Translations under genes and position numbers: made by a program
Notes under the pieces: generated by a model
Told to the model about the DNA's origin: nothing
What the model saw: only the letters and a program-made list of their open reading frames with translations
Databases searched by the model: none
Assembly (NCBI GenBank): GCA_963709345.1
Contig: CAVPVX010000002.1
Coordinates: 224,001-288,000 of the forward strand
DNA length: 64,000 nt
Origin: an uncultured Actinomycetes bacterium
GTDB taxonomy: Bacteria > Actinomycetota > Thermoleophilia > UBA2241
Reading direction: 5' to 3'
Shown: piece after piece, positions 18,360 through 28,107 of the stretch
How the letters are laid out: each line of letters opens with the position of its first letter
Position numbering within the stretch: the first letter of the stretch is position 1

Positions 18360-19427
18360 ATGGCGACCGACCTCGACCTGCTGCGCGAGCTCTGCGCGGC
18401 CCCGGCTCCCACAGGCTTCGAAGCACCGGCCCAAGAGGTCGTCCGGCGGCGCCTCGCTCCTCTCTGTGAGCCCCAGGGTGACCCGCTCGGCAACGTCTGG
18501 GGGTCCGTGGTGGCCGATGGCGCACCCGGCGTCGTCGTCACCGCGCACAACGACCAGATCGGCCTCATCGTCACCTACGTAGACGAGCACGGCTTCGTGT
18601 CGTTCGACAAGATCGGCGGCGTCGACCCCCAGCTCATGCCCGGCCGCAATCTCGTCGTGCACGCGGCCACTGGCCCCGTCCACGGCGTCGTCGGCCGCAA
18701 GCCTTCGCACAAGATGACCAAGGAAGAGCGCGCCAAGGCTCCCGACCTCAGCGACCAGTGGCTCGACATCGGCGCCTCGACGCGTGACGAGGCGCTGGGG
18801 CTCGTCCAGATCGGTGACCCCATCACCTTTCCCGCGCACTTCCTGCCACTCGCCGGCGGTCGCTACGCCTCGCCGGCCGTGGACAACCGCGCCGGCGTGT
18901 ACGTCTGTCTGCGCGCGCTCGAGCACTACGCGAAGGCGCCGGCGGCCGCCGCCCTCACCGCCCTCACCACCGTGCACGAAGAGACGACCTTCATGGGAGC
19001 CAAGGCGATGGCGATGCGCTGGCAGCCGGACGTGATCGTGGTCGTCGACGTCGACTTCGCCAGCGACGACCCGGGGATGGACGCCAAGAAGCTCGGCGGC
19101 GAGGTCAAGCTGGGCGCCGGCCCGGTGATCCACCGCGGCGCCGGCAGCAACCTCGCCCTCGTCGATCTCGCCGTCCAGGTCGCCCAAGCCGAGGGCATCC
19201 CGGTGCAGATCAAGGCGATGCCCGGCAGCACCTCCACCGATGCCGAGGAGTTCATGGCGTCGGGCCGGGCGGCGACGCTGTCGTTCAGCATCCCCGTGCG
19301 CAACATGCACTCAGCGTTCGAGGTCTTCCAGCCGGACGATGCCGAGGCGGGCGCCCTGCTGGCGGCCGCCGTCGCGCGGCGTCTTGCCGACGGCTGGGAT
19401 CGCGAGAAGCTGGTGCCGCGCGCCTAA
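18360..19427 (+). CDS. M42 family metallopeptidase (aminopeptidase)
   Basis: TAHNDQIG, KIGGVDP, AVDNRAG, VHEE, VDVD, STDA, RNMHS. ATG 18360 with GGAGG. Confidence 0.9.
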   Translation: MATDLDLLRELCAAPAPTGFEAPAQEVVRRRLAPLCEPQGDPLGNVWGSVVADGAPGVVVTAHNDQIGLIVTYVDEHGFVSFDKIGGVDPQLMPGRNLVVHAATGPVHGVVGRKPSHKMTKEERAKAPDLSDQWLDIGASTRDEALGLVQIGDPITFPAHFLPLAGGRYASPAVDNRAGVYVCLRALEHYAKAPAAAALTALTTVHEETTFMGAKAMAMRWQPDVIVVVDVDFASDDPGMDAKKLGGEVKLGAGPVIHRGAGSNLALVDLAVQVAQAEGIPVQIKAMPGSTSTDAEEFMASGRAATLSFSIPVRNMHSAFEVFQPDDAEAGALLAAAVARRLADGWDREKLVPRA

Positions 19428-19514
19428 GCCCTTCGCGGCGCTCGTCGAGCAACGGGCCGCGCGCTCGTCGACCGGCGAGTCCGGCCAGGTGCGCCGGTCC
19501 ATCGCCCGCCGGCG

Positions 19515-19955
19515 CTACCGGGCAGACGCCCGGAATCCGGCGATCAGCTGCTGCTTCTGCGTGTCTGAGAGGCGGGCGGCGCTGTGGGCGAGCCTGTACT
19601 GTAGCGGGGGCATCTCGCCGTCACTCACCATCTCTGCGGCCTGAGCCATGAGCCCGCCGCCGCCGACCGCCGGCCACTCCGAGAAGTTGAGGTGGTCGCG
19701 ACCCTCTGCGACGTCCCGGTAGACGAGCCACGACGCCGGGGCGATGTTCGCGTACCAGGGCCACACCGTCTCGTTGCTGTGGCAGTCAAAGCAGGCGCCG
19801 GCGGCCAGCGCCTCGGTCTGCGGGCTGTCCCACCGCGGCTCGCCGGTCACCGGCGGGCTGGTGTGGTCGCGGCCGTACGGGACCAGCTGGATAGCGCCGA
19901 AGCCCACGACGAGGACCGCGGCGACCCACACCAGGGTCTTCTTGCGTGGCAACAT
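19515..19955 (-). CDS. Heme-binding (Haem_bd-type) monoheme c-type cytochrome
   Basis: ACFDCHSNETVWPWY, GRDHLNFSEW, EMPPLQY; N-terminal membrane anchor. Confidence 0.85.
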   Translation of the reverse strand: MLPRKKTLVWVAAVLVVGFGAIQLVPYGRDHTSPPVTGEPRWDSPQTEALAAGACFDCHSNETVWPWYANIAPASWLVYRDVAEGRDHLNFSEWPAVGGGGLMAQAAEMVSDGEMPPLQYRLAHSAARLSDTQKQQLIAGFRASAR

Positions 19956-19957
19956 GG

Positions 19958-20587
19958 TCAGCCTCCCGGCTCGCTGCTCCCGGCGCGCGACAGCACGCCG
20001 CCGATGAAGTCTATCTCCGCCGGCGCGACACGGCTCCAGTAGGCGTCGTTGTGGCCGCCGGCCTCGAACCCGCCCGCCGGAGGCTCCGGCAACGACTCCG
20101 CGAACGCCGTGGCGGCGGCTTGGAAGGGATCCTTCGTGCCGCAGTCGATGCGCACCGGCAGGCCGCGCAGACGCTCCACGTCCGCGAACACGCCGTGGGC
20201 CGCGTAGTCTGCGGCGCCGTCGAACGCGTCGCCGACACCGGCGTCGTGCAACTGCCAGAGCGCCGGGCTGAGCGCGCCGACGCCGCGGGAGTCAGCGGGG
20301 CGCAACTCGGCGGCGCGAAGGGCGCCGTAGCCCCCTTGGACCAGCCCATGATCGCGATCGGCCCGCCTGACCCGAAGTCGCCGCGGAGCAGCGGGATGAA
20401 CTCGTCGAGCAGCATCGCCATGGCGTCGTCGCCGGCCTCACGGCCGTGCCAGTACGTGTCGCTCGCCTGCAGTGCCGCCACGGCGAACGGCGAGACCGGC
20501 TACCGTCACGCCGCCGCCGATCAGGAACTGGCGCCGAGTGACACCAGCCTCGGGAGCGAGCAGCGCGCCGGTCCGGTCCGGGCTCAT
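19958..20587 (-). pseudogene. Degraded exported alpha/beta-hydrolase (esterase)
   Basis: Three frames: Tat-like TRRQFL leader from ATG 20587; DTYWHGREAGDD...MGWSKG; then GYGAL...LSPALW...IDCGTKDPF...GGHNDAYW. The nucleophile elbow is split by a frameshift near 20330 and the N-terminal part looks deleted. Confidence 0.75.
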
Positions 20588-21724
20588 TCGCAGGCGGGCG
20601 CCGCCGTCCGTGCCGCCGGACCGGCCGCCAGCGGCCCGCTCTGCGGGGAGCGCAGCGCCGCGGCCAGCTGGCGCGCCATCTCCGGCTGCCACTTGGCGCG
20701 CCCGTGCGCCAGCAGGTGGAAGAGGTCGGCGAAGTCGTCGTCGTGCAGGTCCACCGCCCGCTCGATATGCAGGTACGGGACCCCGTAACGGGAGGCGAGC
20801 TCGCCCGCCCGGGCCCGGTACGCCGGCACGACGCCGGCCCAGTCGGGGCCGGCGGCCGAGGAGTTCAGGGGCTGGTCGTACAGCACGACGGCGAAGCCGC
20901 GCTCACGAGCCAGCTTCAGGACCTCCTCGAGCACGGCGAAGTTGTAGTCCGCGTACTTGCGGTACAGCTGCACGTCCTTCTCCAGCACGTAGAGGACGTT
21001 GCGCCGCTTGCCGAGGGGGAGGTGGCCCTTCGCCCCCGCCGGGTAGTAGTGCTTCTCGTACTCGAGCCGGAACCCCCACGGCACGCCGCTCGACGGGCGC
21101 TCGCGCAGGTACGAGCCGAGGAAGCTGAAGACGCCGGGCAACTCCCCGGTCGCCGGCGCTTCCTTGCCGTACAGCCGCGGCGAGAGCTCCGCCAGCCGCG
21201 GGCTTCGAAGGAGGAGCGGCTGGCCGGACAGCAGCCTCTGGTCACGCTCCGGCGTGCCGGTGACCCGGATGGGGGCGAGCCCGAGAGCCACGACCGCCGG
21301 CCCGGGCGGGAGATTGTCGATGAGCGTCAGCGACATGGCCATGCTCTGCTGGTGCGCGGCGAGACTCACCACCCGCAGCGGCTCGCCCGAGCCGCGCGAG
21401 ACCGCCGCCGCGAGAGTCTCCTCACTGATGATGCACTCCATCGTCCCCGAGCCGCCGAAGAGGTAGATCGTGCGCGTCTCCGGCGGATCCTCGCGGAGCT
21501 CCGCGATGCGGTACGAGAGGTGCAGGTAGTCGTCGTGGGTGATGCGCAGGAGGCGTCCCTTGTCGACCGCGGTTATGCCGCCGCCGAGCACCGCGGACTG
21601 GAAGGCGAGCAGGACGCCGACGGCGAGGGCCGCCGCCGCAACGAGCACCAGCGGGTTGCGCTGGCGAAAGCCACGGCCGAACCAGCGCCGCCTTCGCGTC
21701 TTCTGTGCTGCGGGTGGGACTCAC
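20584..21724 (-). CDS. DltD-like / SGNH-type extracytoplasmic acyltransferase, paralog 4 (5' end uncertain)
   Basis: YLFGGSGTME and DLFHL motifs. The RBS-preceded GTG 21724 is one base out of frame with the body; first in-frame GTG is 21648. Confidence 0.7.
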
Positions 21725-21755
21725 CCTTCGCTCCTCGTCTGCAGGCGCTATCGTC

Positions 21756-23003
21756 TCACCACGTATGACCAGTAAGCCACGCGAGCGGCAGACGCACAAC
21801 GTAGTACAGCACCTTCAGCGCCTGACGGAAGTCCGGCGTCGCCACGAAGGCGTACCCCAGGGCGACGTACAGGAAGGTCACGGGATAGCCGAGCCAGCGG
21901 ATGAACGGCTCGAACGCGGCAGCCCGCGGCAGCCCCGCCTTCTTACGCGCCTTGCGGCGCTTCTTCTTCCAGCGCTGGAAGGCGGCGACGACCACGAGGC
22001 CGGTGCCGTGATACAGACCCCACACCGTCCAGTTGAGGTCGACGTAGTGCCAGAGGCCCATGGTCAGCATGCTCGCGTACAGACCGAGCCAGGGCTTGCG
22101 GGTGAGCCCGAAGACCGGGAAGTAGACGTTGTTGCGCACCCAGCTGGAGAGGGAGATGTGCCAGCTGTGCCAGAAGTCGCTGAGGTTCTTCTGCAGGAAC
22201 GGCAGGTGGAAGTTCTCCATGATCCTGAAGCCGAACAGCGACGAGAAGCCGATGGCGAGGTCGGTGTAGGCGGAGAGGTCGAAGTACGCGCGCACGAAGA
22301 CGATGATGCAGAAGGCGAGCGGCCACCACGTCCCCACCTCGCCCGGGTTGAAATCGGTGCGCCCGATGGTCGTCGTGATCTTGCCGAAGAACATGACGAA
22401 GAGGAAGTCGACGACGAAGACCTTCTTGAAGTACCCGAGCGCGATGCGCCTGAGCCCCGTGTAGAAGAGCTGCCGGTCGAACTCGAAGCTGCGCTTGCCG
22501 TAGAACCCCTGGTACGTCTCGAGCGGGCCGGCCGGGAAGGTCGGGATGAACATCATGAACGCGCCGAGGCGCAGCAGCGAGTTGTCCTGAATCACGCCGC
22601 GCATGCAGTCGAAGACGTACTGCAGCAGGCGGAAGACGAAGTAGCTGATGCCGAGAGGCATCAGCAGATGAGAGACGACCCAGTCGCCCTCTCCCCACAC
22701 GGCGATCACCCCGCGCTGGCCGTACTTGCCGATCGCAAGGGTGATGAGAGCGATGAGGATCGCGATGAGCACGGCGCGGCTCCCGCGCAGGCGCTCGTGC
22801 CGATGCAACTCGACGAGCTGGTGGACGACCAGCACCAGCCCCACGGCCACGGCCGCGAATATCGGGTGGAGGACCGCCAGGATGCCGACGCTGAGGAGCA
22901 GCGTGAAGAGCAGGCGGTGCTTGTCGTTGCGCAGCGCCAGCCAGAAGACGACCAGGGCCACCGCGACGACCGGGATCAGGTACAACGTGAAGTAGATCTT
23001 CAC
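21756..23003 (-). CDS. MBOAT family O-acyltransferase (DltB/AlgI-like)
   Basis: PLGISYFVF, FPAGP, YFDLSAYTDLAIG, ENFHLPF, DFWHSWHISLSSW, GLWH. Confidence 0.95.
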   Translation of the reverse strand: MKIYFTLYLIPVVAVALVVFWLALRNDKHRLLFTLLLSVGILAVLHPIFAAVAVGLVLVVHQLVELHRHERLRGSRAVLIAILIALITLAIGKYGQRGVIAVWGEGDWVVSHLLMPLGISYFVFRLLQYVFDCMRGVIQDNSLLRLGAFMMFIPTFPAGPLETYQGFYGKRSFEFDRQLFYTGLRRIALGYFKKVFVVDFLFVMFFGKITTTIGRTDFNPGEVGTWWPLAFCIIVFVRAYFDLSAYTDLAIGFSSLFGFRIMENFHLPFLQKNLSDFWHSWHISLSSWVRNNVYFPVFGLTRKPWLGLYASMLTMGLWHYVDLNWTVWGLYHGTGLVVVAAFQRWKKKRRKARKKAGLPRAAAFEPFIRWLGYPVTFLYVALGYAFVATPDFRQALKVLYYVVRLPLAWLTGHTW

Positions 23004-24070
23004 CCGCTCTTCCCCTCCGTTCCCTCATCGTTCATGAGCCTCATGAGCGCGGCCGCCAGCGCACTCTGCCAGATGACGCGCCCCGGTTCCACCAGATGCG
23101 AGAGATCCTGGAAGTACGCGTCGGGGATCGCGACCGTCTCGTTCAGGTCGAGATACGGCGCGTCGTACTCTCGCGCGAGCCGCGCCACCGGCGCGCGATA
23201 CGCCCGCTGCGCGCGCTCGAAGCGGCCGCGGACGACGTCGGTGTTGAGCGGCAACTCGAGAAGGACGATGCGCACACCGCGATCGCGGGCCCGCCGGAGC
23301 AACTCCTCGAGCATGGCGAGATTGCTCGCGCGATTCTCCTTGAAGACCGGGTACCGGCGCGTGTTCCACACGCCGACGAGGCGCTCCTTGTAGCGCGTCG
23401 AGCGCGCCGAGTCCTCCGAGTAGCGATGCAGCTCGTACGGCGTGCTCGGCGGCTCGCCCTCGAGCAGCGCCGCACCGTGCGTTCGCGTCCAGTCGGTGAT
23501 ATACGACCAGATCCCCGGGAGGATCGTGTACTGATACCTCTGCAGGTCCCACTCGGCGGCGACGAACCGGCGCAGAGCGGGACTGCGCAGCAGAAACTCG
23601 CGTCCCTCCACCTGCTGCGCATTCTGCTCCCGGGTGGGAGTGAAACGTCCCAGATTGACGCCGACGAGCAGCCAGGCAGGCGTGTCGGGGACGGCCTCGA
23701 TCACGGCCATGGTCTGCGCGAAGTTCTGGTTCATGGAACCCAGGTCGTACGCGGCGACGCGAGGCCCGCCGAGCTCCTCTATCTCGGCGGCGAGACTCTC
23801 GCCGCTCACGATGGACTCGCGCGCGCTCGAGCCGCCGAGCAGGTACACGGCGGGCGTGCCCGGCGGGTCCCGCCGTGCCCTTCCCACCATCCATGAGACG
23901 TAGGTGAACGAATCCCTGGGATTCCGCAGGCAGCGGTCCAGCGGGACGCTGGTCCAGGACCCGCTCGTGAACAGCCATTGGAATCCGAGCAGCGCCGGGA
24001 CGAGCAGGATGGCGGCGACCAGCAGCACCAGGGGGCTGCGATTGAGGAAGCCGCGACGGAAGCTGCCCAT
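23000..24070 (-). CDS. DltD-like / SGNH-type acyltransferase, paralog 3
   Basis: N-terminal TM, YLLGGSSARE, ELPLN, YLDLN, FQDLSHL. Confidence 0.72.
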   Translation of the reverse strand: MGSFRRGFLNRSPLVLLVAAILLVPALLGFQWLFTSGSWTSVPLDRCLRNPRDSFTYVSWMVGRARRDPPGTPAVYLLGGSSARESIVSGESLAAEIEELGGPRVAAYDLGSMNQNFAQTMAVIEAVPDTPAWLLVGVNLGRFTPTREQNAQQVEGREFLLRSPALRRFVAAEWDLQRYQYTILPGIWSYITDWTRTHGAALLEGEPPSTPYELHRYSEDSARSTRYKERLVGVWNTRRYPVFKENRASNLAMLEELLRRARDRGVRIVLLELPLNTDVVRGRFERAQRAYRAPVARLAREYDAPYLDLNETVAIPDAYFQDLSHLVEPGRVIWQSALAAALMRLMNDEGTEGKSG

Positions 24071-25140
24071 CAGAGGGCCTCCCGCAGGGTCCCGTCGTCG
24101 TACAGGCGCGCGAGCTGCCGGGCGAGCTCGGCCTGCCAGACGACGCGCCCGTCGGGAAGGAGGTGCGAGAGGTCGAGGAAGTCCTCGCTCGGGATGTCGA
24201 CCTGCTCGTTGAAGTCCAGGTACGGCACCCCGTACTCGGCGGCGATCTCTCGCGTCGGCGTGCGGTAGGCGGTGAACGCCTCATCGAACGAGTCACCGAT
24301 GACCTCACGGTTGTAGGGCAGCTCCAGGAGCACCACGTCGAGCCCCTTCCGCTGCCCTTCAAGCACCAGGTCCCCGAGCATCGCCACGTTGAAGTCGAGG
24401 ACCCGCCGGAACGCCGGGTAGTACCGGCTCAGCCACTTCTGCACCAGGGCATCCTTGCGCTCCGATGACAGTGCTTTGCGGCCGTCGAACGCGTGCGGCC
24501 TGTACGGCCGCGGGCTCAGCCGGCCCTTGAACAGAAGGTCGTTCTCGCGCTGCTGTGCGTACGACGCCAGCGCCGAGAAGATGCCCGGGAGGATGGTGTA
24601 CGAGCGCCGGTGCTCGCCGGAGCGGGCGACCACCCAGTCCCGCAGCGAGTCGCTCTTGAGCAGGAGCTCCCGGCCGACGACCTGGTTGTAGTTGCTCTTG
24701 GGACTCGTGGTGAAGCGGCCGAGGTTCACGCCGATGAGGACGGTCGTCGGCGTGTCCGGCAGGTTGTCGACGATGGCCCAGCTCTGGGCGTAGCGCTGCA
24801 TCCGCGAACTGAGGTTGCGGGCGGCGATGGTGGGGCCTCCCGCGGCGCGCACGTCGCCGGCGAGGGAGGGACCGCTGACAATGGCCTCCCGGCCGCTGGA
24901 GCCGCCCAGCAGCGTCACGAGCGGCCGCTCCGGCGGCCGGCGCTTGAGCTCGCCGACCGTCCACGACACGTACATGTAGTCGTCCGTGGCGTTGCGCATC
25001 CAGCGCTGCACCGGCACGGCGCTCCAGGCGCCGCTGGTGAAGAACGCCTGGATGCCGAGGAGCGCCGGCACCAGCAGCGCGAGCGCCACGACGAGCACGA
25101 GGGGGCTCCGGTTGCCCAGCCCGCGACAGAAGCTTCTCAC
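24070..25140 (-). CDS. DltD-like / SGNH-type acyltransferase, paralog 2
   Basis: LLGGSSGRE, ELPYN, YLDFN, FLDLSHL. Confidence 0.72.
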   Translation of the reverse strand: MRSFCRGLGNRSPLVLVVALALLVPALLGIQAFFTSGAWSAVPVQRWMRNATDDYMYVSWTVGELKRRPPERPLVTLLGGSSGREAIVSGPSLAGDVRAAGGPTIAARNLSSRMQRYAQSWAIVDNLPDTPTTVLIGVNLGRFTTSPKSNYNQVVGRELLLKSDSLRDWVVARSGEHRRSYTILPGIFSALASYAQQRENDLLFKGRLSPRPYRPHAFDGRKALSSERKDALVQKWLSRYYPAFRRVLDFNVAMLGDLVLEGQRKGLDVVLLELPYNREVIGDSFDEAFTAYRTPTREIAAEYGVPYLDFNEQVDIPSEDFLDLSHLLPDGRVVWQAELARQLARLYDDGTLREAL

Positions 25141-26210
25141 TGCGGGACGCCGCCGTGCCCGGACGTCTCGCCCATGATCTCCACGACTTCCCGCGCGAGG
25201 CGGCGCTGCCAGACCGTGCGGCCCGACTCGACCAGGTGCGAGAGGTCGTGGAAGTCGCGGCTCGCGATGTCGAGCTCCTCGTTGAAGTCGACGTAGGGTA
25301 CCTCGTACTCGTCGGCCAGAGCCTCGACCGGCTCCCGGTACTCCTCGAGGGCGTAATCGAACCGATCGCCGACCACCTCGCGGTTCAGCGGGAGCTCGAC
25401 GAGCACGACATGCAGGCCGCGCTGCTCCGCGCGCACAAGGAGCTGCTCGAGCATGTCGACGTGAAAGGCCAAGTTACGCCTGAACCTGGGGTACCGCCTC
25501 GTGTTCCACACCTTGACCATGCGCTCCTTCTCGGCCACGGTGTGGTTGCCCTTCAGGTTGTACCGGTGCTGGCCGTAGGTCCTCCGCGGTATCCGGCCCA
25601 GGAGGAGCTCGCCGCCCTGCTCCTGGACGTGACTCGTGAGCTGGGAGAACACGCCCGGCAGGATCGTCGTCGTGTACTTGTACTTGCCGTACGTCTCCGC
25701 CACGTACTGCTGCAGAAAGCGACTCGGCAGCAGGAGCTCGCGGCCCTCCGACTGCTTGAAGCTGGCGCCACGGTCGGAGGTGAACCGCCCGAGCCCCAAA
25801 CCGACGATCAGATAGGTCGGCGTCGCCGGCACGTTGTCGGCCACCGCGAGACTCTGCGCGAAGTTCTGGTTCATGGACCCGAGATCCCACGCGGCGACGT
25901 CGGGACCGCCCGCCTCCCTGACGTCGGCGGCCAGGCTCGGGCCGCTGACCACGGCCTCTCGCGCCGCGGACCCGCCGAGCAGGTACACCGACGGCTTGTC
26001 CGGCGGATCGCGCTTGACCTTGCCGACGACCCAGGAAACGTACACGTAGTCGTCGCTGGACTTGCGCAGCCAGTACTCGAGCGGCACGGCCGTCCAGCGG
26101 CCGCTCGAGAAGCACTCCTCGACGGAGTAGAGCACGGGGACGAGAAACAGCAGCGCCGCAAGAAGGACCAGCGGGCTGCGATTGAAGAGACCCCGTCTGA
26201 AGCTGCTCAC
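25137..26210 (-). CDS. DltD-like / SGNH-type acyltransferase, paralog 1
   Basis: YLLGGSAARE, ELPLN, YVDFN, FHDLSHL. Confidence 0.72.
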   Translation of the reverse strand: MSSFRRGLFNRSPLVLLAALLFLVPVLYSVEECFSSGRWTAVPLEYWLRKSSDDYVYVSWVVGKVKRDPPDKPSVYLLGGSAAREAVVSGPSLAADVREAGGPDVAAWDLGSMNQNFAQSLAVADNVPATPTYLIVGLGLGRFTSDRGASFKQSEGRELLLPSRFLQQYVAETYGKYKYTTTILPGVFSQLTSHVQEQGGELLLGRIPRRTYGQHRYNLKGNHTVAEKERMVKVWNTRRYPRFRRNLAFHVDMLEQLLVRAEQRGLHVVLVELPLNREVVGDRFDYALEEYREPVEALADEYEVPYVDFNEELDIASRDFHDLSHLVESGRTVWQRRLAREVVEIMGETSGHGGVPQ

Positions 26211-27745
26211 CCCAGCTCCTCCGCGAGCAACGCGCGGAGCTCGGCACGGATGGCCTTGCCCGACCCCGTGCGAGGGATAGCCGGGACGGCGATCACGCGA
26301 CTCGGCAGCGATGCCGGCGGCAGGACGCCGCGAAGCTCGCGCAGCAGCCTCGAGGCCTTGAAGCCCTCGGGCTCGAGCGGGACGACGAAGGCCACGGGGA
26401 CGTGCCCGAGTATCTCGTCGGGCGCCGCCAGCACGGCGACGTCGGCGAAGCGGCCCAGACCCTGCAGCGCCTGCTGCACGTGCACGATGCTGACCTTCTC
26501 GCCGCCGCGCTTGATGATGTCGTCCTTGCGCCCGGCGATCCAGACGGCGCCACTCTCGTCGACGTGCCCGAAGTCGCCGGTCCTCAGCCCGTGCCCGGTG
26601 AGCGCAGCCGCGGTGATCTCGGGCTCGTCCAGATACCCCTGCATCAGCAGCGAGCCGGTGACGAAGAGCTCGCCGGTCTCGCCAGGCGCGGCCTCGGCGC
26701 CGTCCCCGCGCCGTGCCACGACGCGCATGTCGCCGATCGGCCGACCGACGGAGCCGACGCGCACGTCCAGGTCGGCCGGCGGCAGGATGCAGAGCCGGCC
26801 GCTCACCTCAGTGAGCCCGTACATGTTGAAGAGGCCGACGCCCGGGAGCACGCGGCGGAGCTTCTCGATGACGGGCAGCGGCAGGTGATCGCCGCTGCTC
26901 ACCCAGAAGCGGAACCCGTGCTCCCGCGGCTCGTCGAGCGGCTCCACGACGCGCACGAGGTGCGCCGGTGCGCCGCCGAAGCCGGTGCAGCCTTGCGCCT
27001 CCATCTCGTCGAGGAGCGCGGCGCCGAAGAAGAAGCCGAGCTGCCCGGCCACACCGCCGCCGTTCGCCAGCAGCGTGAGAAAGTGACAGATGCCGCTGGT
27101 GAAGTACGGCGGCGTGTTGATGAAGATGCGGTCGTCGGCCCGCAGCCCCAGCGTGAGCGCCACGTGACCGGCGTTGCTCGAGACCGCCCGGAGCGTCTGG
27201 CACACGCCTTTTGGCAGGCCGGTGGTGCCCGACGTGAACATGATCATCGCGAGTTCGTCCTCGCGCACCGCCTCGAGATCCGCCGGCGCGGCAGCCGGAC
27301 ACCCCGCCTCGCCACCGGGAGCGCGGACGCCCTCCACAAGCCCGTCGGCGCCGGCTACGACGACCAACTGAGCGGGCCCATTCGAGGTTATGGGGCAGGC
27401 GTCGTCGTCGGCGACCACGATCACGTCCGGCCGCGACTTCTCGATCAGCCAGTCGACGTCGGCTTGGGGAAGGCTCGTGTTCAGCGGCACCACGACCTGC
27501 CCCGCAAGCCAGGCGCCGAGCATGCCGATGAAGAAGTGGTCGTACTCCTCGAGCACGAGCGCGACGCGCGCCCCGCGCCCGCCCGCGGCCGCGCGCAGCG
27601 AAGTCGCGACCAGCGTGGCCCGCCGCACGGCCTCACCGTAGGTGTACGTGCGACCCCGAGTGCGGAGCAACGTATCGCCGGGCCGCTCGGCGGCCCAGCG
27701 GCGCAGACGCGCTACGGCATCGGTCATCAAGGAGGCTTGGGTCAT
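26207..27745 (-). CDS. Class I adenylate-forming (AMP-binding) enzyme
   Basis: FTSGTTGLPKG, YGLTE, TGDFG, GRKDDIIKRGGEKV, PRTGSGK. Confidence 0.92.
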   Translation of the reverse strand: MTQASLMTDAVARLRRWAAERPGDTLLRTRGRTYTYGEAVRRATLVATSLRAAAGGRGARVALVLEEYDHFFIGMLGAWLAGQVVVPLNTSLPQADVDWLIEKSRPDVIVVADDDACPITSNGPAQLVVVAGADGLVEGVRAPGGEAGCPAAAPADLEAVREDELAMIMFTSGTTGLPKGVCQTLRAVSSNAGHVALTLGLRADDRIFINTPPYFTSGICHFLTLLANGGGVAGQLGFFFGAALLDEMEAQGCTGFGGAPAHLVRVVEPLDEPREHGFRFWVSSGDHLPLPVIEKLRRVLPGVGLFNMYGLTEVSGRLCILPPADLDVRVGSVGRPIGDMRVVARRGDGAEAAPGETGELFVTGSLLMQGYLDEPEITAAALTGHGLRTGDFGHVDESGAVWIAGRKDDIIKRGGEKVSIVHVQQALQGLGRFADVAVLAAPDEILGHVPVAFVVPLEPEGFKASRLLRELRGVLPPASLPSRVIAVPAIPRTGSGKAIRAELRALLAEELG

Positions 27746-27762
27746 GCGCGGAGGTCCCGCCG

Positions 27763-28107
27763 TCAGAAGCCGACGTACCGGAACTCGGTCAGCTTGTTGC
27801 CCACGAGAACGGCGATCGTGATCGCCAGGAAGAGGAGGAACCAGAGCAGGGTCTGCAGACTCAGCCCGAGGCCGTAGAAGACCCAGCGCGTGCGTGGCTC
27901 GGCCGGTTCGTCGGCCGGCTCCTCGTCCCGGGCTTCCATTGCGTTCGGCTCGTCTGAGTCGGCGTCGTGAGCGCCGTCGGGAGCGGCGGGAACGTCGCCC
28001 TCGGCGCCGGGCTCGCGACCCTCGAGGTCGGAGGCGCCATCCGCGGCAGGAGGCGCGCCGTTCGCGACGACCTCGCCGGGAGCCTGTTCCTCGCTCGGCT
28101 CAGGCAT
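27763..28107 (-). CDS. DltX-like small membrane protein with C-terminal FxYxxF motif and acidic N-terminal extension
   Basis: Single TM helix followed by GNKLTEFRYVGF*; sits between the carrier protein and the ligase. Confidence 0.7.
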   Translation of the reverse strand: MPEPSEEQAPGEVVANGAPPAADGASDLEGREPGAEGDVPAAPDGAHDADSDEPNAMEARDEEPADEPAEPRTRWVFYGLGLSLQTLLWFLLFLAITIAVLVGNKLTEFRYVGF

